A DNA stretch of 59,553 bases from Clostridia bacterium (GCA_017436885.1 JAFSCG010000106.1:1-59553), one strand, 5' to 3'. Shown: positions 25,707 to 35,064, counted from the first letter of the stretch. Notes: generated from the sequence alone by a model not told the origin. A program made the numbers and translations.

Positions 25707-27920
25707 ATGGAATACATCAAGGCTGCGGATTACGAATACGTAATAAATAAATATCACGATACGAAAAAGCCGTTTAACAGCTTTTTCAGATTCATCCGAA
25801 GAGACGATATCTTCTCTTCGGAAACGGGTATGGACGGTGATGAGATAAAAGCGCAACTATTGCGGCTCGATGCGGAGCGTGAGGGTGTTTCGCATTCGGT
25901 GAGAAAGGCCATGGGATTTGCCTTCGTTTTGGAAAACACGAGGATCTCCTGCGATAGCCGCGATAGGTTTCCCGCAATCAACGCCATAGATCGCCCCTTG
26001 GAGCAAGTCATGATCGCGCGTTGGCGGCGCGAGGTATTTGAAGAGCTGGTTCCCGACGCGGAAGCGAAAAGAAAGGCCTTGGGAAGCTCGGGCGCGGCGA
26101 ATATTTCTCCGGATTTCGACCACAGCGTTCCCGTGTGGGACAGGATACTTTCCCTCGGGTTCGCGGGGCTGCTTCGGGAGAGCGAGGAGGCGCGAGCGCG
26201 TTGTGAATGCACGCCCGAGCAGGAGGCCTTCTTTGATGGCGTGAAGATAACGTACGAGGCGATAGTAAGCTTTATCGGCAGGCTTGCCGCTTTGGCAGAG
26301 GCAACCGAGGGCTCTCAGCGTATGGCAGAGGCGTTAAAGCATATAGCTTACAATGCGCCGTCAACCTTTTACGAGGCCTTGCTTGTCAACTACGTTTATT
26401 TCATGCTCAGCGAACATATTGAGGGTCTGCAGGTACGTTCACTTTCCAATTTTGACAGGCATTTCAGGCATTTTTATGAGCGGGATATTGCGAACGGCAT
26501 CACCGAGGAAGAGATACGGACCGATCTTGCGTATTTCCTCCTTCAATTCACCGCTATAGGGAACTATTGGAACCAACCCGTATATCTCGGTGGTGAAAGA
26601 GCAGACGGTACAACGGAGATAAATCCTCTGTCGTATATTTTCCTCGACGTGTATGACAAAATGGGGATATACAACCCCAAAATACAGATAAAGGTGGCGG
26701 ACAGCACGCCAAAAAGCTTTCTTTGCCGTGCTCTTGACATGATACGTCGGGGAAACAGCAGTATCGTGTTCGTTTCCGATGCCACCATTCGTAAAGCGCT
26801 GATAAAAAATGCGGGAGCAACGGAGGAAGAAGCAAGGCTTTGCCACGTTAAGGGCTGTTACGAATACGGTATAGAGGGCGTATATTCGGGCGGCATGAAT
26901 TATCTTAACCTCCTCAAGCCCTTGGAATATGTCTTGCACGAGGGGCGCGACGGTATAACGGGTGCATTTGTCGGTGTGAAATGCCCTGCCGCAAAGGATT
27001 ACGATTCCTTTGAACAGCTTTACGACGAATACAAAAAACAGCTTTTGTACGTTATTGACACTACTATCGAAACCGTAAACGGTTTTGAGGAGTATCTCAG
27101 CTATATCAACCCGCAGTCGATGCTGTCCGCAACGTATCCCGACTGCCTGAAAAACGGGCGCGATGCCCTTGTAAACGGGGAAAGTAATCTTAGCGTGGGT
27201 TTTGTTGCATCTCTTGCAGATTCCCTTGCGATGATAAAGAAGTACGTTTTTGATCTGAAGCTTATCTCGCTTCCCGAGCTGGTCCGTATGCTCGATGCGG
27301 ATTTTGAGGGTAACGATGCGTTCCGACGCAGACTTCTTGCCGATCGGGATAAATACGGCAACAACAAGCCGCTCCCCGATGGAATAGCGGTTGATATCGT
27401 AGATTTTGTTGCCAAGCACGTAACGGGAAGGCCGAATGCAAGTGCACGCGGCCGCAAATGGAGCTGCGGATTCCACGTTGCGCGTATGTCCTACTCCCAA
27501 GGAACAAAAACTGCCGCTACACCGGACGGGCGACGTTTTGGAGAGGAGCTGTCCAAAAACTGCTCTGCGGTCATGGGGCAGAATCGCGAGGGTGCAACGG
27601 CTGCCATACTGTCCGCAACCAGGATAGACGCCTCCTCCTTCGCGGGTGATGCTTGTCTTGATATCGGATTGCTTCCCTCGACCGTAAGCGGCGAGGACGG
27701 CTTGCAGGCGATGTACGGCCTGCTGCGTACCTTCTGCCGCCGCGGAGGGCACGCTCTTCAGATCAACGTATTTAATTCCGATATGCTCCGCGATGCCCAA
27801 GCGCATCCCGATAAGTATCGCGATCTGCAGATCAGGGTATGCGGCTGGAACGTGCTTTGGAACAACATAAACAAAAAGGAACAGGACGGCTTTATCCGTC
27901 AGGCGGAGGCACTTGCTTGA
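25707..27920 (+). CDS. glycyl radical enzyme, compact (737 aa), PFL2/dehydratase-like, substrate unknown
   Basis: ATG at 25707 after AGAGGTGA. The C-terminal glycyl motif is QIRVCGWNV (Gly codon 27843-27845). The Cys loop is HVKGCYEYG (Cys codon 26856-26858, Glu two residues later). HALQINVFNSDMLRDAQAHPDKYRDL is typical of the GRE C-terminal domain. Confidence 0.85.
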   Translation: MEYIKAADYEYVINKYHDTKKPFNSFFRFIRRDDIFSSETGMDGDEIKAQLLRLDAEREGVSHSVRKAMGFAFVLENTRISCDSRDRFPAINAIDRPLEQVMIARWRREVFEELVPDAEAKRKALGSSGAANISPDFDHSVPVWDRILSLGFAGLLRESEEARARCECTPEQEAFFDGVKITYEAIVSFIGRLAALAEATEGSQRMAEALKHIAYNAPSTFYEALLVNYVYFMLSEHIEGLQVRSLSNFDRHFRHFYERDIANGITEEEIRTDLAYFLLQFTAIGNYWNQPVYLGGERADGTTEINPLSYIFLDVYDKMGIYNPKIQIKVADSTPKSFLCRALDMIRRGNSSIVFVSDATIRKALIKNAGATEEEARLCHVKGCYEYGIEGVYSGGMNYLNLLKPLEYVLHEGRDGITGAFVGVKCPAAKDYDSFEQLYDEYKKQLLYVIDTTIETVNGFEEYLSYINPQSMLSATYPDCLKNGRDALVNGESNLSVGFVASLADSLAMIKKYVFDLKLISLPELVRMLDADFEGNDAFRRRLLADRDKYGNNKPLPDGIAVDIVDFVAKHVTGRPNASARGRKWSCGFHVARMSYSQGTKTAATPDGRRFGEELSKNCSAVMGQNREGATAAILSATRIDASSFAGDACLDIGLLPSTVSGEDGLQAMYGLLRTFCRRGGHALQINVFNSDMLRDAQAHPDKYRDLQIRVCGWNVLWNNINKKEQDGFIRQAEALA

Positions 27921-27921
27921 T

Positions 27922-28860
27922 ATGCGTGGGGAAAAGGTGTTTTCAAATCGAATTTCAAGCCTTTTGTTGGCTCTGGCCGTCTGTGCTCTGTGGGGGTCTC
28001 TTTACCCATTCGTGAAGCTTGGATATGACGCCTTTAGCATAGACGGCGGAGACGTTCCGTCAATCATACTGTTTGCTGGCGTGCGCTTCGCTGTGTGCGG
28101 TGTTGCCATGGCGGTGTTGTTTTCGGCGGTGAAGGGAAGGCTCCTTGCACCAAAAAGGGAAGACGCGGCACCTGTTTTTACTGTTGCGCTGTTCTCCGTG
28201 ATCCTTCACTATCTTCTTACTTATATCGCGCTGGCGGTGGGCGAGGGCTCCAAAAGCGCAATAATCAAGCAGATCGGATTTCTCTTTTTGAGCTGTATGT
28301 CCTTTCTGTTTATAAAAAACGAGCGGTTTTCTTATAAAAAGCTTTTCTGCGGATGCTTGGGTTTTTCCGGCATAGTCGTTACAAGCATGGATGGCTCCGC
28401 GTTTTCCTTTGCCCTTGGGGACCTATTGCTGGTGCTTTCGTCCTTTTGTGCGGTCATAGGAACAGTAGCGACAAAAAAAGCGGTCAAGCGTACGGAGCCC
28501 TTGGTCCTCGTGGCTTATTCACAGCTTTTCGGAGGCGTTTTGCTTTTGCTCGCGGGGCTTGCCTTTGGCGGGAGGATTGCGCACGTCGACCTTGGCTCCG
28601 CTGTTGTTTTTGCATATATTTGCGTGGCTTCCATCTGTGCGTACGCTCTTTGGAACGTGCTGATAAAATACAATTCCGTTTCCAAGCTTTCAATGATAAA
28701 GTTTACGGAGCCGTTGTTTGCGGTCCTGTTTTCGGGGCTGTTGCTCCGCGAAAACATTTTGAAGTGGAATTATGCGGCGGCTATGATAATTATTTTTACG
28801 GTGATACTTTTGGATAACGGCTTTATACGCAAGCGTCGGGGAAAAGGTGGCTTTAAATGA
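27922..28860 (+). CDS. DMT-superfamily (EamA-type) transporter
   Basis: About 10 TM helices in two EamA-like halves. The ATG lies 2 nt after the GRE stop, and the gene's stop overlaps the activase start (ATGA). Confidence 0.8.
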   Translation: MRGEKVFSNRISSLLLALAVCALWGSLYPFVKLGYDAFSIDGGDVPSIILFAGVRFAVCGVAMAVLFSAVKGRLLAPKREDAAPVFTVALFSVILHYLLTYIALAVGEGSKSAIIKQIGFLFLSCMSFLFIKNERFSYKKLFCGCLGFSGIVVTSMDGSAFSFALGDLLLVLSSFCAVIGTVATKKAVKRTEPLVLVAYSQLFGGVLLLLAGLAFGGRIAHVDLGSAVVFAYICVASICAYALWNVLIKYNSVSKLSMIKFTEPLFAVLFSGLLLRENILKWNYAAAMIIIFTVILLDNGFIRKRRGKGGFK

Positions 28861-29747
28861 AAGCAACGATCTTTGAGATAAAGCGATTTGCCGTTCATGA
28901 CGGCGACGGTATTCGTACTACCGTGTTCTTCAAGGGCTGTTCGCTGAAATGCGTATGGTGCCATAATCCCGAGGGACTGGGCGCTTCTCCGCAGTTAGGC
29001 TACTACGAGCATAAATGCACAGGCTGCGGCGAATGTGCGGCCGTTTGCCCCGCGAATGCTCACCGCACAGAGAGCGGGATCCACGTTTTTGATAGGGAAA
29101 AATGTATCGCCTGCGGCAGGTGCGCCGTTGTATGCACCAATGGAGCGTTAAGCTTTTACGGTAAAGAGGTAACGGTGGAAGAGCTGCTTTCCCTGCTTCT
29201 TGAGGACAGAGAGTTTTACGAGGAGTCCGATGGCGGTGTTACGCTTTCGGGCGGAGAGTGCCTTATGCAGGCGGATTTTTGCGCAGAGCTGCTGAAACGC
29301 CTGAAGGAGCACGGTATCCACACCGCTGTTGATACCTGCGGCTTCGTTTCAAGGGAGACACTGGATCGGGTCATTCCGTTTACCGACGTGTTTTTATACG
29401 ACATAAAGGCCTATGACGAGGAAGTGCATAAAAAATGTACCGGTGTTTCCAATCGCAGGATCCTTGATAATCTTGCGTATCTTGATTCCGTCGGAAAATC
29501 TGTTGAGATACGTATTCCTTACGTTCCCGATCACAATGATGCGGAAATGAGGGACATTGCCCGTTTTGTTTCGACCCTTAAGAACGTTACGAAAATAAGG
29601 GTCCTTCCGTACCATGCATACGCCGGATCGAAATATCGTGCTTTGGATATGGAAAACACCCTTCCCGAAAGGCTTCCTTCTTCAACGGAGTTGGACGAGG
29701 CTAAGGCTATTATCCGCAAGCTCACGAGCATTCGAGTTCAGGACTGA
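28857..29747 (+). CDS. glycyl-radical enzyme activating protein (radical SAM with ferredoxin-like insert)
   Basis: CSLKCVWCHNPE provides the CX3CX2C motif. CTGCGECAAVCP and CIACGRCAVVC provide two auxiliary 4Fe-4S motifs. GGVTLSGGE is also present. Confidence 0.9.
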   Translation: MKATIFEIKRFAVHDGDGIRTTVFFKGCSLKCVWCHNPEGLGASPQLGYYEHKCTGCGECAAVCPANAHRTESGIHVFDREKCIACGRCAVVCTNGALSFYGKEVTVEELLSLLLEDREFYEESDGGVTLSGGECLMQADFCAELLKRLKEHGIHTAVDTCGFVSRETLDRVIPFTDVFLYDIKAYDEEVHKKCTGVSNRRILDNLAYLDSVGKSVEIRIPYVPDHNDAEMRDIARFVSTLKNVTKIRVLPYHAYAGSKYRALDMENTLPERLPSSTELDEAKAIIRKLTSIRVQD

Positions 29748-29816
29748 GGTATACTTACGGTTTTTTTGTGCTTACACAAGCTCAATAAAATAAAAAACAA
29801 AAAACAGGAGGAAAAA

Positions 29817-31343
29817 ATGAAAAAATTCACATTGTTCACGGCAATACTTTTGTGTTTGGCAATGCTTTTACCCGCCTGCGGCACACCGGCAACTCCCCCA
29901 TCGGAAACGGATGGCAGTTCTGCTGACGTTACCACCGAAGCCCCCGTTGTAACGGAATCCCCATATGATGAAAACGGTTTTTTGAAGGACGATCTTCCGG
30001 ACGAGCTTGATTTCAACGACCTTACGGTCAAGATTTTCATTGCGGATTATAACAAGGCGTACGCCGAGGATATGTATAGCGAGGGCTATAATACCGAGCG
30101 CCTTAACGATGCGATCTACGCTATGATCGTAAACGTAGAGGATCGCCTTAACGTTGATCTTGAATATACCATAGAGTCCTACGTTTGGGCCGATTACGAT
30201 AAGTTCCAAGGCAGCGTTAAAACACGCATCATGGCAAACGACGGATCTATGGATCTTATATTCAATAATCATAATGCCGCATACGATATGCTTGAGTACG
30301 AATACTACGTTGACCTTTCCGAAACCAAGTACATAAACGAGGACATGCCCTGGTATAACCAGAGCATTAAGGACAGTCTGCTTACCGATTACGTTCACTT
30401 CCTTGCAGGTGACTTTGCCCTTGCGAACGTAAAAAACACTTACGCAGTTTATTTTAACGCTGATATGTACAAGTCGCTGGGATATACCGAAAATATTTAC
30501 GACGTGGTTGACAGCGGCAAATGGACCATCGACAAGATGGAGGAGCTGATAAAGACTTGCTACTCCGATCTTAACGGAAACGATAAGGCAGATCCCGCAG
30601 ACCGCTTCGGTCTTACCTTCGGAGATACCAATAAGTATCTCGGATTCCTTCCCGCCTTTGACGTAAAGATATTTACAAGGACCAACGACGGCTACGATTT
30701 TACCTATGGAAACGAGCACGCACTTGACGTGGCAAACAGGCTTATTGCCCTTGTGAACACCAATGAGAATGTGCTTAAGGGTCAGGCAAACGGCAAGGAA
30801 GCCGACTTCCCGGATTGGATGATATCCTCCGGAGGCGGTAACAACGCAAGCAGAGTGTTCATTGAGGGACGCTCGCTGTTCTCCTGCGGACTTGTTGCAG
30901 ATGCACCCGCCATTATCAACGCCATAAATTTCGAGTACGGCCTTCTTCCTTATCCCAAGTGGAACGAGGAGCAGGAAAATTACCAAACGACCCTCCAGCG
31001 CAGCTGTAACGCTATGATCCCCGTTTGCTCCACCATAGAGGACGAGGCATCTGCCGTTCTTGAAGCATTGGCAAGCGAATCCCACAGAAATCTGATGCCC
31101 GAGTACTGCGAGGTCTCTCTCAAGACCCGTTATTCTCAGGATAGCGACGTAAGCCGAATGTTCGACCTTATCGCTCACAGCACGGTATACGATCCGGGTG
31201 AAATATACAACAACGGTACGCCCGGCGGATACATACGTTACGCCATTAACGTAAGGCTGGATTGGATGAGCCACATAGCCGCAAACCGAGATGCTCTTGT
31301 TAACAAGATGCAGGAAGTAGTTGATTTCTACAAGAATAAGTGA
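29817..31343 (+). CDS. large extracellular solute-binding lipoprotein (ABC SBP family 1-like), with no adjacent permease genes
   Basis: ATG at 29817 after AGGAGG. MKKFTLFTAILLCLAMLLPACG gives a signal peptide plus lipobox, followed by a TPATPPSETDGSSADVTTEAPVVTESP linker and about 460 aa resembling an SBP. Confidence 0.65.
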   Translation: MKKFTLFTAILLCLAMLLPACGTPATPPSETDGSSADVTTEAPVVTESPYDENGFLKDDLPDELDFNDLTVKIFIADYNKAYAEDMYSEGYNTERLNDAIYAMIVNVEDRLNVDLEYTIESYVWADYDKFQGSVKTRIMANDGSMDLIFNNHNAAYDMLEYEYYVDLSETKYINEDMPWYNQSIKDSLLTDYVHFLAGDFALANVKNTYAVYFNADMYKSLGYTENIYDVVDSGKWTIDKMEELIKTCYSDLNGNDKADPADRFGLTFGDTNKYLGFLPAFDVKIFTRTNDGYDFTYGNEHALDVANRLIALVNTNENVLKGQANGKEADFPDWMISSGGGNNASRVFIEGRSLFSCGLVADAPAIINAINFEYGLLPYPKWNEEQENYQTTLQRSCNAMIPVCSTIEDEASAVLEALASESHRNLMPEYCEVSLKTRYSQDSDVSRMFDLIAHSTVYDPGEIYNNGTPGGYIRYAINVRLDWMSHIAANRDALVNKMQEVVDFYKNK

Positions 31344-31449
31344 GTTGGTGTAAGTCGCGTCGGCGGTACTGCGCTGTCATACCGACGGACAAACGAGAGT
31401 ATATTATACAGTGCTTAAAAATGCACGTCAGATAACTTATAAATAACGC

Positions 31450-31660
31450 AAAAAGGTCGTTGAAGCTTACTTCTGCGGCCTTTTGCTTTTTGGAGCGTGT
31501 ATGGCGTTTTTCGATATGGTTTTGATAGGCGTGGGCTTGGCGGCGGACGCCTTTGCCGCCGCGGTGGTGCGCGGACTGCGCATCGGCAGGCTGAGGGCCG
31601 CATACCTTGCCTCCACGGCACTCACCTTTGCATTCTTTCAGGGGGCTATGACCCTTGCGG
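31450..31660. repeat. direct-repeat copy 2 (mntP upstream hairpin plus the first 160 nt of intact mntP)
   Basis: See 24547-24756. The coding part is near-identical and the upstream ~40 nt are more diverged. Confidence 0.85.
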
Positions 31661-32025
31661 GATATTATGCGGGGGAGCTTTTAGCCTCGGGACTTGAAAA
31701 ATGGTCGGGCATACTTGGGGCAATACTGCTGTTTTTTCTCGGCGGAAGGATGCTGTTTGCCGCCGAGGAGGAAGAGCCTTCTCTGCATCTTATATCTATG
31801 GGATTTGCCACAAGCGTGGATGCCTCCGTAGTTGGTATGGCGTTCTCCCTTCGCCCGTCGGTAAGTGTTTTTCACCTTTGTGCCGTTATCGCCGCAGTAA
31901 CTCTCGTCTTATCTCTTTTGGGCTTTGCTTTGGGTTGCGCCTTTGGCGGCCGCTTCCGCAAAACTGCAAGAATAGGCGGTGCATTGGTGCTTATTGCTAT
32001 GGGTGCACGGTTTTTGATCGGGTAA
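31501..32025 (+). CDS. mntP: manganese efflux pump MntP
   Basis: ORF trimmed to the ATG at 31501 (MAFFDMVLIGVGLAADAFAAAVVRG), after GGAG. It has the two DUF204 half-repeats with (D/S)xDAF/SVDA motifs and FLGGRML, as in MntP. Confidence 0.8.
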   Translation: MAFFDMVLIGVGLAADAFAAAVVRGLRIGRLRAAYLASTALTFAFFQGAMTLAGYYAGELLASGLEKWSGILGAILLFFLGGRMLFAAEEEEPSLHLISMGFATSVDASVVGMAFSLRPSVSVFHLCAVIAAVTLVLSLLGFALGCAFGGRFRKTARIGGALVLIAMGARFLIG

Positions 32026-32100
32026 TTTCTGTTACGTATTGCTTTTTTCGATAATTTGCGATAAAATAATTATATCTATATCCAAAAAAGTGGGTGCCTT

Positions 32101-33504
32101 ATGAATTTCTCCGATCTTTTGTTCCTGTACGCATTCCTGCCCCTGTGCCTCGGAGCGTATTTTATATCAAAAAATATCCGCTGGCGCAACGGTGTGTTGC
32201 TGGTATTCTCCCTTATTTTCTACGCTTGGGGCGATATCCGCTTCCTGCCGCTGTTGGTTTGCGTTGCGCTGGTAAATTACTGCGCCGCACTTCTCCTTCG
32301 CCGCTTCGGGGAGGGGAAGCGCTCCACAGCCGTCCTTGCCGTGGGCATAGTGTTTGATCTGGGGCTTCTCGGCGTATTTAAATACACGGGCTTCCTTTTC
32401 GAGAATATCAACGGGCTTTTCGGCACGTCCCTCGAGGCTCCCGAGCTGGGACTGCCCCTGGGCATCAGCTTCTATACCTTCCGTCTTATCTCCTATCTTC
32501 TTGACGTTCATTGGGAGAAGACCGAGCCCGAGCGCAATTTCGGACGCTTCCTTATGTACGTTTCTCTGTTCCCGTCAACCGTGGCGGGCCCCATCGTGCG
32601 CTACGCGGACGTGCGCGAAAGTCTTACAGAGCGCACCGCCACCCTGCACGACGTTGGCGAGGGTGCATCCCGCATTATCTGCGGACTTGCAAAAAAGGTA
32701 ATCATCGCGGATAGCCTTGCAAAGCTTACCGCCTCTCTTTTCGGCACCGACGTTGCCGCCGCATCCGTTGCCGCCTGCTGGATAGGCGCGGCAGTATACG
32801 CCCTGCAGATGTATTTCGATTTTTCCGGTTACAGCGACATGGCGGTGGGTCTTGCCCGTATGTTCGGCATTCCGTACCCCGAGAACTTCAATTATCCCTT
32901 CCTTTGCAAGACCATTGCGGAGTTCTGGCAGCGTTGGCACATGACTCTCGGCTCATTCTTCCGCGATTATCTGCTGTACGTTCCCATATTCGGCAGTCAG
33001 CGCAAGTATCTTGCCCTGTTCCTCGTTTGGTTTTCCACGGGTATCTGGCACGGTGCCGCATGGAACTACGTTATCTGGGGTCTGTTTTTCGGCGCGTTCA
33101 TCCTGCTTGAAACTCTCCTCGGCAAAAAGCGCATGAAAAAGATCCCCGTGCCCGTAAAGCATATCTACACCAAGCTTGTACTTATCATCGGCTTCGGCAT
33201 CTTCCGCTTTGAAAAAACGGACGAGCTTTTCGCCTTCCTCCGCGGTCTTGTGGGCGCAAACGGCGCACCCTTCTGGGAGGAAACGGTGCTCCACTCCCTT
33301 GCAAACAACTGCTTCCTGCTTGCGGCGGCGTTGCTGTTCTCCTTCCCCGTTATCCGCTTTATTAAGGAAAAGGCAGAAAATAGCCCCATCGGCGTTATTG
33401 CCTACGGCGGCGCAAGACTCGTTTTCTCCGTGCTCATTCTGCTTATCGTCAGCATCATGCTTGTCAATTCCACCGCAAATCCCTTCCTTTACGCCAACTT
33501 CTGA
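32101..33504 (+). CDS. MBOAT-family membrane O-acyltransferase (DltB/AlgI-like) with C-terminal FLYANF tail
   Basis: 467 aa and polytopic. FWQRWHMTLGSFFRDYLY contains the conserved MBOAT His region. The last residues are VNSTANPFLYANF-stop. Confidence 0.88.
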   Translation: MNFSDLLFLYAFLPLCLGAYFISKNIRWRNGVLLVFSLIFYAWGDIRFLPLLVCVALVNYCAALLLRRFGEGKRSTAVLAVGIVFDLGLLGVFKYTGFLFENINGLFGTSLEAPELGLPLGISFYTFRLISYLLDVHWEKTEPERNFGRFLMYVSLFPSTVAGPIVRYADVRESLTERTATLHDVGEGASRIICGLAKKVIIADSLAKLTASLFGTDVAAASVAACWIGAAVYALQMYFDFSGYSDMAVGLARMFGIPYPENFNYPFLCKTIAEFWQRWHMTLGSFFRDYLLYVPIFGSQRKYLALFLVWFSTGIWHGAAWNYVIWGLFFGAFILLETLLGKKRMKKIPVPVKHIYTKLVLIIGFGIFRFEKTDELFAFLRGLVGANGAPFWEETVLHSLANNCFLLAAALLFSFPVIRFIKEKAENSPIGVIAYGGARLVFSVLILLIVSIMLVNSTANPFLYANF

Positions 33505-33519
33505 TAAAAGGATAAAGCC

Positions 33520-35055
33520 ATGGCAAACAAAAAAGAACTGAACAATAAAATACCCGAGGGTCTTTCCAAGGAAAGGCTTGAAAGACGTCTCGACCTTGTG
33601 CGCGTAATATGCCTCGGCACGGTAATGGCCGTTGTAGGCATCGGTCTTCTGGTGCTGGAGCGTCCCACCGAGAGCCTTGCGGAAAAGCGCAAGCTGGCGG
33701 AAAAGCCCGCCTTCTCCCTTTCCGCGGTTCTGGACGGAAGCTATATGCGTCAAATGACAAAGTATTATACGGACACCGTGCCCTACCGCGACCTTCTCGT
33801 GGATCTGGGCGCCTCCGTTCCCGAATATCTCGGCGTGCGCGTCGACGGCGTTAAGATACACGGCGATATCCCTGTGGTGCCTCCCGTAGACGATAAGCCT
33901 CCCGTTATTACCGAGCCTCCCGTAACTACCGACGCACCCGTAACCACCGAGCCCGTAACCGAGCCTCCCGTTACCACGGAGCCTGTTACCACCGATACTC
34001 CCGTAACGGGCGAGCCCGTTATCACCGACCCCGTTACCGACCCCGTAACCGAGCCTGTAACCGAACCTCCAGTAACCGAACCTCCAGTAACCGAACCTCC
34101 CGTAACCGAACCCCCCGTTACGGAGCCTCCCGTTACCACCGCTCCTCCCGTAACCGAGGAGCTTCCCGACGTTAACGACATTCTCCGCGAAAACGGTATT
34201 ATAGTTCTCAATAAGCGCGCCATTATGCTTTATTACGGCTCATACGATGCTACCGCAAGGTACGCCGCATCCGTAAACGAGTATAAAAAGGCGTTGGGCG
34301 ACAAGGTAAACGTGTGGTCTATGATCACTCCCACGGCAGTTGCCTTCTACCTGCCCGATAAATACAGCGCGTACACAAACGACCAGAAGGGTCATATCGA
34401 ATACGCCGCCACCCTCCTTCAGGGAGCAACGGAGATCAACGCCTACGCCGCGCTCCTGCCCCACGTTAAGGAGAACATCTACACCCGCACCGACCATCAT
34501 TGGAGTACCCTTGGTGCTTATTATGCCACCGAGGCCTTCGCAAAGAAGGCGGGCGTGCCCTTTGCTCCTCTTTCCACTTACAAGAAGATCGAGCGCGAGG
34601 GATACGTTGGTACTATGTACGCCTTCACGGGCGATCAGGTGCTGAAGAACAATCCCGAGACCTTCGTTTACTACAAGCCCCAAAACGATTACAGCGTTGA
34701 GTATTTCGACAGAAATATGCAAAACGGCTTTGCAAGCTCGCTGTTCTTTGATTGGGTGGACACACCAAACTCCTATCTTGTTTTCATCGGAAGCGATGAT
34801 CGCGTGACCCACATAACTACCGACTGTAAAAACGGCAGAAGGCTGTTCGTTATCAAGGACAGCTACGGCAACGCCCTCGTGCCCTTCCTTACGGGCTCCT
34901 TCGAGGAGATCTGGGTGGTGGACTTCCGCTACTTCGAGCTTAACGCCGTTCAGTTTATGAAGGACCACGAGATAACCGACTTTATGGTATCTATGTGCGC
35001 ATTCTTCTCCTGCGGCACGGGCGTTGGATATCTGGAATCTATGAGAACGAAATAA
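33520..35055 (+). CDS. DHHW-family protein (extracytoplasmic AlgX/AlgJ/DltD-analogous acyltransferase) with PVTEP-repeat linker
   Basis: An N-terminal TM helix (VICLGTVMAVVGIGLLVL), about 95 aa of (P)VT(E/D)P repeats, and the RTDHHWSTLGAYYA motif. Confidence 0.85.
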   Translation: MANKKELNNKIPEGLSKERLERRLDLVRVICLGTVMAVVGIGLLVLERPTESLAEKRKLAEKPAFSLSAVLDGSYMRQMTKYYTDTVPYRDLLVDLGASVPEYLGVRVDGVKIHGDIPVVPPVDDKPPVITEPPVTTDAPVTTEPVTEPPVTTEPVTTDTPVTGEPVITDPVTDPVTEPVTEPPVTEPPVTEPPVTEPPVTEPPVTTAPPVTEELPDVNDILRENGIIVLNKRAIMLYYGSYDATARYAASVNEYKKALGDKVNVWSMITPTAVAFYLPDKYSAYTNDQKGHIEYAATLLQGATEINAYAALLPHVKENIYTRTDHHWSTLGAYYATEAFAKKAGVPFAPLSTYKKIEREGYVGTMYAFTGDQVLKNNPETFVYYKPQNDYSVEYFDRNMQNGFASSLFFDWVDTPNSYLVFIGSDDRVTHITTDCKNGRRLFVIKDSYGNALVPFLTGSFEEIWVVDFRYFELNAVQFMKDHEITDFMVSMCAFFSCGTGVGYLESMRTK

Positions 35056-35064
35056 GGTGAAGAT

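Noticed and set aside
31344-31500. Expected yybP-ykoY manganese riboswitch upstream of mntP
   Set aside because: I looked for the conserved GGGGAGTAG and four-way-junction motifs and did not see them. Only a short hairpin plus T-run precedes the RBS. A cmsearch with RF00080 would settle this.
22320-31500. Classical mobile element (IS, transposon, prophage or ICE) responsible for the accessory segment
   Set aside because: No transposase, integrase, recombinase, terminal inverted repeats or tRNA attachment site is visible. Only the mntP direct duplication marks the boundaries, so I report it as a recombination-delimited cassette rather than a mobile element.
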